Below are positions 58,533 through 64,000 of a DNA stretch of 64,000 nt, piece by piece. Within the stretch, counting starts at the first letter, position 1. Each line of letters opens with the position of its first letter. The notes below the pieces were generated by a model that did no database searches, was not told the DNA's origin, and was given only the letters and a program-made list of their open reading frames with translations. The DNA comes from an uncultured archaeon A07HR60 (GTDB lineage Archaea > Halobacteriota > Halobacteria > Halobacteriales > Haloferacaceae), in NCBI GenBank assembly GCA_000496235.1, contig KI543222.1:26942-90941 (forward strand). Reading direction: 5' to 3'. The translations under genes and the position numbers were made by a program.

Positions 58533-59931
58533 ATGCATATTGTCGTAATCGGCGCGTACGGGAGCGCTGGATCCGCGGTTGCAGAGGAGCTCCAGTCCCA
58601 CGTCGGCGGCGTCATCGACCAGCTCACGCTGGTGGACGACGGGGACCCGGGGGGAGGGTTGTGTATTCTCGAGGGGTGTATGCCGTCGAAAGAAGTGCTT
58701 TCAGCGGCCGAACATCGATTCCAGGGCCGCACAGACGAGCGCCTCGAGGGGCGCCCTCAGGAGATCAATCTCACGGCGACTGTTGATCGAAAGGACGGTC
58801 ACACTGGCGGGTGGGCGGCCCACCGTCGCGAGGGGGTTCACGAGATTGCCGAGACTGACGGCGTCGAGTTCATTGACGAAACCGCACAGTTCCTCGACGA
58901 CCGCACTCTCCGGGTCGGTGACCAGACCATCGAGGCTGATTACGTGGTGATTGCGACGGGGTCATCGCTCAACGTTCCGAACTTGCCAGGACTCACCGAC
59001 GTGGGATTCACCACGAGCGCAGACGTCTTGGATGCGACACGGCTGCCGGATTCGGGGGTCTCATGGGGTTCGGGCGGTCGGACTGGAGATGGCACCGTAT
59101 CTGGCCGAGGCAGGCGTCGATATCACGGTGATCGAACACGACGAACGGCCGCTTGATGACCACCCGCCCGCCTTCGGCGACGCACTGCTGGAGTTGTACC
59201 GCGAGGAATTCGATATCGACATTCGCACAGAGGTGTATGAAGATCGGGTCGAGTCGACTCCAGAGGGTGTCCGGGTTCATCTCGACTCCGGAGAGTCAGT
59301 CACCGCAGCGGAGCTGTTCTGTTTCACCGGCCGGAATCCCAATCTAGACAGACTCGGCTTGGAGCATACGTCGGTCACACCAGAGAGAGGCTGGGTGGAC
59401 GCGACGATGCAGACGACTGATAACCCACGTGTGTACGTGCCGGGTGACGCGAACGGGCGGGATCCAGTGTTGCACGTCGCCAAAGAACAGGGCCGTCTAG
59501 CCGGGCAGAATATCGTCGCCGCGGCGCAGGATAACCCCGTGGAGCCGTACCAACACATCCCGCACAAGGTGACTTTCGCCGGGGTCGGATTGTACCCGGT
59601 AGTGCAGATTGGTCACACGACACGGAGTGCACACGAGGCTGGCCACGCGACCGTCACAGTCAGCCGAGAGGCGGCCGACGACGGTGTGTTCCGCGCGAAA
59701 GATGTCCCACACGGGTTAGCACAGGTGGTCGTCGACGCCGACGATGGGACCGTGCTCGGCTATCACGCCATGCATTATCACGCTGACGCGATGGCAAAGA
59801 CCATGCAGGTGCTTGTCGAGATGGGACTCGATATTCGAGACGTCCCCGACCGGGCATATCACCCGACGACCCCGGAGATTCTGGACGGGCTCATTCGAGA
59901 AGCGTCTGCACGGGTCGCCGACGCAGAGTGA
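58533..59931 (+). pseudogene. Dihydrolipoamide dehydrogenase-like disulfide oxidoreductase with apparent frameshifts at ~59060-59075
   Basis: GGLCILEGCMPSK redox motif, IATGS, YHPTTPE; restoring two Gs gives DSGVVMGFGAVGLE; probably intact in vivo. Confidence 0.8.
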
Positions 59932-60092
59932 CCGGACGAGATAATAGTAGAGCCGAGACAAAACTTCAATTAATCCGGGTCCAATCGACTGGGTCCTGTG
60001 TTGACTCGATATCGCATGCCATGCTATGCTATGGCACGATCCGCTGTGACTCGATGTCAGTCAGGGCCTAACGTGACTTCACCGGACGCGAC

Positions 60093-60585
60093 TTGACATC
60101 CTCCCCGCCCTAAAGGGCGAGGATTCCACGAAGTGGAGTTTGAGGTTCCGTGTTTCCTCGGGGTTCAAGTACGCTTTCGCGTGGCCCTTCGACGGTAGTC
60201 GTCCAATTATGACCGAGGACGTGCATTGCGACGGGTGCAGCCCTGTCAACGGGGCCTTCCCATCCAGACTCGCTGGACGTTTCAACGGGAATACCGCTTC
60301 CCTCCACGACAGGGTATTCAGCCTGTTGGGTACCGCCATTCGCGTCTCTATTACGAGGGCGTGACGGAGTGGTTCTGGTTTTATTACCCACCACAGTCAC
60401 TGGTCGAAGACCAGTAGACGGTGAAACCGCCGTGTCGTGAGTGGGGAAGACCATCACCATATAATACGGTTGAACCCCGTATGAATGTTGAGAATCAAAC
60501 TCAAACGGCTATCGACGGTGGATTGTGGCATCGACTGTCGGATTCGTCCCCGCGCTAAATCACGGGGCTTTCTCCTTGAATCTCC
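60093..60585 (-). mobile_element. Non-autonomous IS200/IS605 mini-element (493 bp)
   Basis: Minus strand TTAC|ggagattcaaggagaaagccccgtgatttagcgcggggacgaatccgac; right end ggaatcctcgccctttagggcggggaggatgtcaa. Confidence 0.8.
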
Positions 60586-60678
60586 GTAATGTGATGTGTT
60601 TCACCGGCCGACCGGTCACGGAAACGGGGTGGTACCCAGTCGTAGCATACTTACCCCGCGCCCGGCGATTATTGGATA

Positions 60679-61926
60679 ATGAGCGAAGTCGCGGAGGCGA
60701 ACGAAGACCGGCGGAAATACGAATTCCGCAAAGTGATCGAGGAGCTCCAAGACTTCGAAGGGTCCGGGACGCAACTCGTCACCATCTACATTCCCGAGGA
60801 GAAGTTGCTCTCAGATGTCGTCGCTCACGTCACTCAAGAGCACAGCGAGGCATCGAATATCAAGTCCAAGCAAACCCGGACGAACGTCCAGGACGCGCTG
60901 AAGAGCATCAAAGATCGGCTCCGCTACTACGACACCACGCCCTCAAACGGCATGGTTCTGTTCTCGGGGGCTGTCAACACCGGCGGCGGTCGCAGCGATA
61001 TGGTCACACGGGTGTTGGAGTCTCCGCCCACCCCAATCCAGTCATTCCGGTATCACTGTGATTCTGACTTTCTCACCGAACCGCTGGAGGGAATGCTCGA
61101 AGACAAAGGGATGTTCGGGCTGGTGGTGCTGGACCGACGAGAAGCTAACGTCGGCTGGCTGAAAGGCAAACGTGTTGAACCGGTCAAGAGCGCAGAGTCG
61201 CTCGTCCCCGGGAAACAGCGGAAAGGTGGCCAGTCTGCCCAACGGTTCGCGCGGTTGCGGCTGGAAGCGATCGACAACTTCTATCAGGAGGTTGCCGGCA
61301 TGGCAAACGATCTGTTCGTCTCGAAACGTCACGAACTTGACGGAGTGCTCGTCGGCGGGCCGTCGCCGACCAAAGACGAGTTTATCGACGGCGATTATCT
61401 CCACCACGAACTGCAAGACAAGGTTCTCGGCAAGTTCGATGTCGCATACACGGACGAATCAGGACTGAAGGATCTGGTTGACTCCGCCAGTGAGGTGCTT
61501 GCCGATCAGGAAATCGTCGAGGACAAACAGCAGATGGAGGAGTTCTTCGAGAACCTCAACACCGGAAAGAAAGCCACGTACGGGTTCGACCGGACTCGGC
61601 GGAATCTCATCATGGGAGCGGTCGACCGGCTGCTCATCTCGGAGGACCTCCGCGAAGACGTGGTCACCTACGAGTGTGAACAGGGTCACGAGCAGTTCGA
61701 ACTGCTCGACTCCCGGCACGAGGCGGACGACAGTCAGGAGTGTTCAGAGTGTGGGCAATCCGCATCGGCGGCCGACCGGGAAGACGCAATCGAGCACCTG
61801 ATGACGATAGCTGAACAGCGGGGCAGTGAGACAAAATTCATTTCGACTGACTTCGAGAAGGGCGAACAACTGTACGACGCATTCGGGGGGATTGCTGGCA
61901 TTCTCCGATACGATTCGGGTATCTAG
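60679..61926 (+). CDS. prf1: Archaeal peptide chain release factor aRF1
   Basis: ASNIKSK, YHCDS, GGQSAQRF, FGGIAGILRY. Confidence 0.97.
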   Translation: MSEVAEANEDRRKYEFRKVIEELQDFEGSGTQLVTIYIPEEKLLSDVVAHVTQEHSEASNIKSKQTRTNVQDALKSIKDRLRYYDTTPSNGMVLFSGAVNTGGGRSDMVTRVLESPPTPIQSFRYHCDSDFLTEPLEGMLEDKGMFGLVVLDRREANVGWLKGKRVEPVKSAESLVPGKQRKGGQSAQRFARLRLEAIDNFYQEVAGMANDLFVSKRHELDGVLVGGPSPTKDEFIDGDYLHHELQDKVLGKFDVAYTDESGLKDLVDSASEVLADQEIVEDKQQMEEFFENLNTGKKATYGFDRTRRNLIMGAVDRLLISEDLREDVVTYECEQGHEQFELLDSRHEADDSQECSECGQSASAADREDAIEHLMTIAEQRGSETKFISTDFEKGEQLYDAFGGIAGILRYDSGI

Positions 61927-62057
61927 TCGAGCCCAATCCACACACGCCCTCGAGAGTGCTAGCCTCACTGGGAGACAATCACGACAATTTGGGTCAGAGG
62001 TGATCTCGTCAAATCGGGGTCGCAGTTCCATAGCCGAAGATATGGTCAGACAGCCGA

Positions 62058-62439
62058 TTAATCGAGAATCTGTGAAACTTGTTGACGGCGGCGGCCGAGA
62101 GCAAAGGCAGCGTTCGGGGCATCAAGTCGCTCGAGAGTGGTCAATCGTCAACACCGTGATGTTCTGCTGAAATCAGGAGGTCTTCGATAGCTGACCGATT
62201 GAGTGCTAGTGAGTGAGTTTTCCGAGCGCCAACGCGACGGCAACGCCAGCCTCACCCCGGGGGAAGTCCTGCGAAATAGCCTCAAACTCCGGGTCCGACG
62301 CTGACGAGTCTCCGTCGACTCCGAGCACCTGCAGGCACTCGGGGCAGATTCCCGCCGTATCGTCTGGCGCGTGAGCCCGGTATTCGGATGGAACAGTAAA
62401 CACGACCAGTTGAGAATCCTCACAGTCGGGACAGTCCAT
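62058..62439 (-). pseudogene. CPxC zinc-ribbon protein (DUF6276-like) broken by several frameshifts
   Basis: MDCPDC...ICPECL...ALALGKL continues in other frames as SLALNRSAIEDLL...GVD, LTTLERL and RRRQQVSQILD*. Confidence 0.6.
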
Positions 62440-62782
62440 AGCGAAACTTCGGATGGGGGGTTCAAATCCCCACTGGCTTCCAGCGGTATTTACCTCCTCG
62501 TCCGCCTGAAGACGGAGGTATGCGCTCGCCTCTCTATCAGTCGAGTCTCCAGGCGGGGTGGGTCAGGTGGCTGAAGCCGCGACCCCGAGACGGTTTATAA
62601 ATGCCTGTACGATTGTCATACCGCGTCACCCATCCAATGTCTCCTCGCCTCACGTCACACCGGACATCCAACATTCGAGACCTGAGACGAGGGGCTCAAA
62701 ATTCGGCACTCAAGGTTCAATGTCTGAAAGCATCGCCAGTGAAAGAGATGAGAAGTAGGTCGGGATACGCGTCCGGAGACAG

Positions 62783-63505
62783 TCAGTCGTCGGCCGTGAC
62801 TCGGTCGTCGGCTTCCTCTTCGTCTTCGTCTTCGTCTTCGTCTTCGGCAGTTTCCTCTGCGGCTTCTTCTGCTTCCTCCTCGGCTTCTTTTTTGGCTTTG
62901 ATCTTTTTGAGACGGAAGATCTCTTCGCGCTCTTGTTCTTCGAGTTTCTGCTCGATATACTCTTGATTTTCGTAGAGATCGGGGAGAAGCTTGAATTCGA
63001 GGGCGTTGACCCGTCGCTTGGTCACTTCGATTTCTTTGAGCATCTTTTTCATCGCCGTTTCCACCTCGGCTGCAAGAATGATACTCTCGATCAGCTCCTC
63101 GTAGGCGTCCGCGGCCTCATCAATCCGGGCAGACGAGCCTAACAGCCCGTAGCCCCGCTCGTCAAGGTCCTTTTTGACCTTCGAAGATTCGATCTGTGGC
63201 ACAACGACCCCCATGATATTTTTCGACCCGGTCGTGATCTCGGGGTGCTCTTTCAGTGCTGACGCGGCTCCCCGGACCGCGACATCTCCTTCCATCGCAC
63301 GAGCCATATCGATCTTCTGTTGGGCAGTGTCATAATCCGACTCCAGGCCCGATCTGATATCCTGCGCCTGATCGAGGATATCCATGAATTCCATGATGAG
63401 GCCGTCGCGCTTCTGTTCAAGCGTATCGTGACCCTGCTCGGAGAATTCGATTCGGTCTTCGATCTCCATCAGATTCTTCCGGGTCGGTTTAACATCCTCT
63501 GCCAT
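62783..63505 (-). CDS. atpD: A/V-type ATP synthase subunit D
   Basis: [37 protein letters not shown]. Confidence 0.96.
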   Translation of the reverse strand: MAEDVKPTRKNLMEIEDRIEFSEQGHDTLEQKRDGLIMEFMDILDQAQDIRSGLESDYDTAQQKIDMARAMEGDVAVRGAASALKEHPEITTGSKNIMGVVVPQIESSKVKKDLDERGYGLLGSSARIDEAADAYEELIESIILAAEVETAMKKMLKEIEVTKRRVNALEFKLLPDLYENQEYIEQKLEEQEREEIFRLKKIKAKKEAEEEAEEAAEETAEDEDEDEDEEEADDRVTADD

Positions 63506-63790
63506 TTCTTGTGAGAAACAACCCGGCCGACGCTGTTAACTCTTTTCCGATGCGGCGGCTTTCTCGCGACCTGGCTCTGAATCTGGTCACTTGAGCAGAG
63601 CAAAACGAGACTGGCGACATGACGAGAGCGGCCAGACTAGCAGCAGACACGCCTCAGAAAGCCGGATAACGATCACACCGATCAAAACAGGTAGCCGACG
63701 CAGTTCGGGACGCCCGAACACTCGGACAGACTCAGTGTCACACGGCGGGAGATTCCGCTCTGTGAGTTGTCAAGCAATGCTGGGGGTAGC

Positions 63791-64000
63791 TCAGTCGGCC
63801 GCTCCGATATCGAGCCGCTCGGCCTCCTCGCGATAGAACTCGTCGATGAGATCTTCGTCGATCCGATTGAGCTCCTCTTCTGGCAGCATCGACAGTAGGT
63901 CCCAGCCAACCTCGAGCGTGTCGTCGATCTCTCGGTTCGTCCTGAAACTCTGGTCGACAAATTCAGCCTCGAAGGCGTCCGCGAAGTCGAGGAACCGGTT
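63791..64000 (-). CDS. atpB: A/V-type ATP synthase subunit B, 3' end (runs off window)
   Basis: [17 protein letters not shown]...[26 protein letters not shown]. Confidence 0.9.
   Translation of the reverse strand, partial: NRFLDFADAFEAEFVDQSFRTNREIDDTLEVGWDLLSMLPEEELNRIDEDLIDEFYREEAERLDIGAAD

Noticed and set aside
60110..60460. 116-aa ORF inside the mini-element, and similar ORFs at 10269-10680 and 31024-31464
   Set aside because: No recognisable domains; better explained as residual IS sequence
63781..63800. tRNA-like start GGGGGTAGCTCAGTCGG
   Set aside because: No anticodon or T arm follows; it overlaps the atpB stop on the opposite strand

Overview
GC-rich haloarchaeal (Halobacteria) chromosomal segment. 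The evidence is acidic proteins, tandem-fold histone, aRF1, A-type ATPase atpB/atpD, archaeal CCA enzyme and a PGF-CTERM protein. It holds about 45 mostly housekeeping or metabolic genes and four tRNAs: Thr-GGT, Arg-GCG, Asn-GTT and an intron-containing Ile2-CAT. The most notable feature is a 9.5 kb cluster (20965-30492) in which three TTTAGG-N4-CCTAAA DtxR/IdeR-type boxes precede its transcription units. The cluster combines an Fe(III) ABC binding protein and permease with an RGP/UDP-sugar-mutase-like protein, a dolichyl-phosphate glycosyltransferase, a GT-C transferase and a GMC sugar dehydrogenase with a Tat-signal partner, suggesting an uncharacterised glycan-linked iron-acquisition system. 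Also present: a promoter-bearing multi-helix ncRNA candidate (~8542-8687); a dense family of IS200/IS605 derivatives (a truncated tnpB, four 370-510 bp mini-elements that keep the tnpB 3'/omegaRNA end, one nested inside another element, and six ~47 bp single-hairpin elements); a Val-every-4-residues repeat membrane protein; an RNA-ligase-fold protein lacking its catalytic residues; and a 1.86 kb tandem duplication of a 2-hydroxyacid dehydrogenase. Several small frameshifts, including one in RPA, suggest residual assembly errors. Family names come from motif recognition by eye, not database searches.
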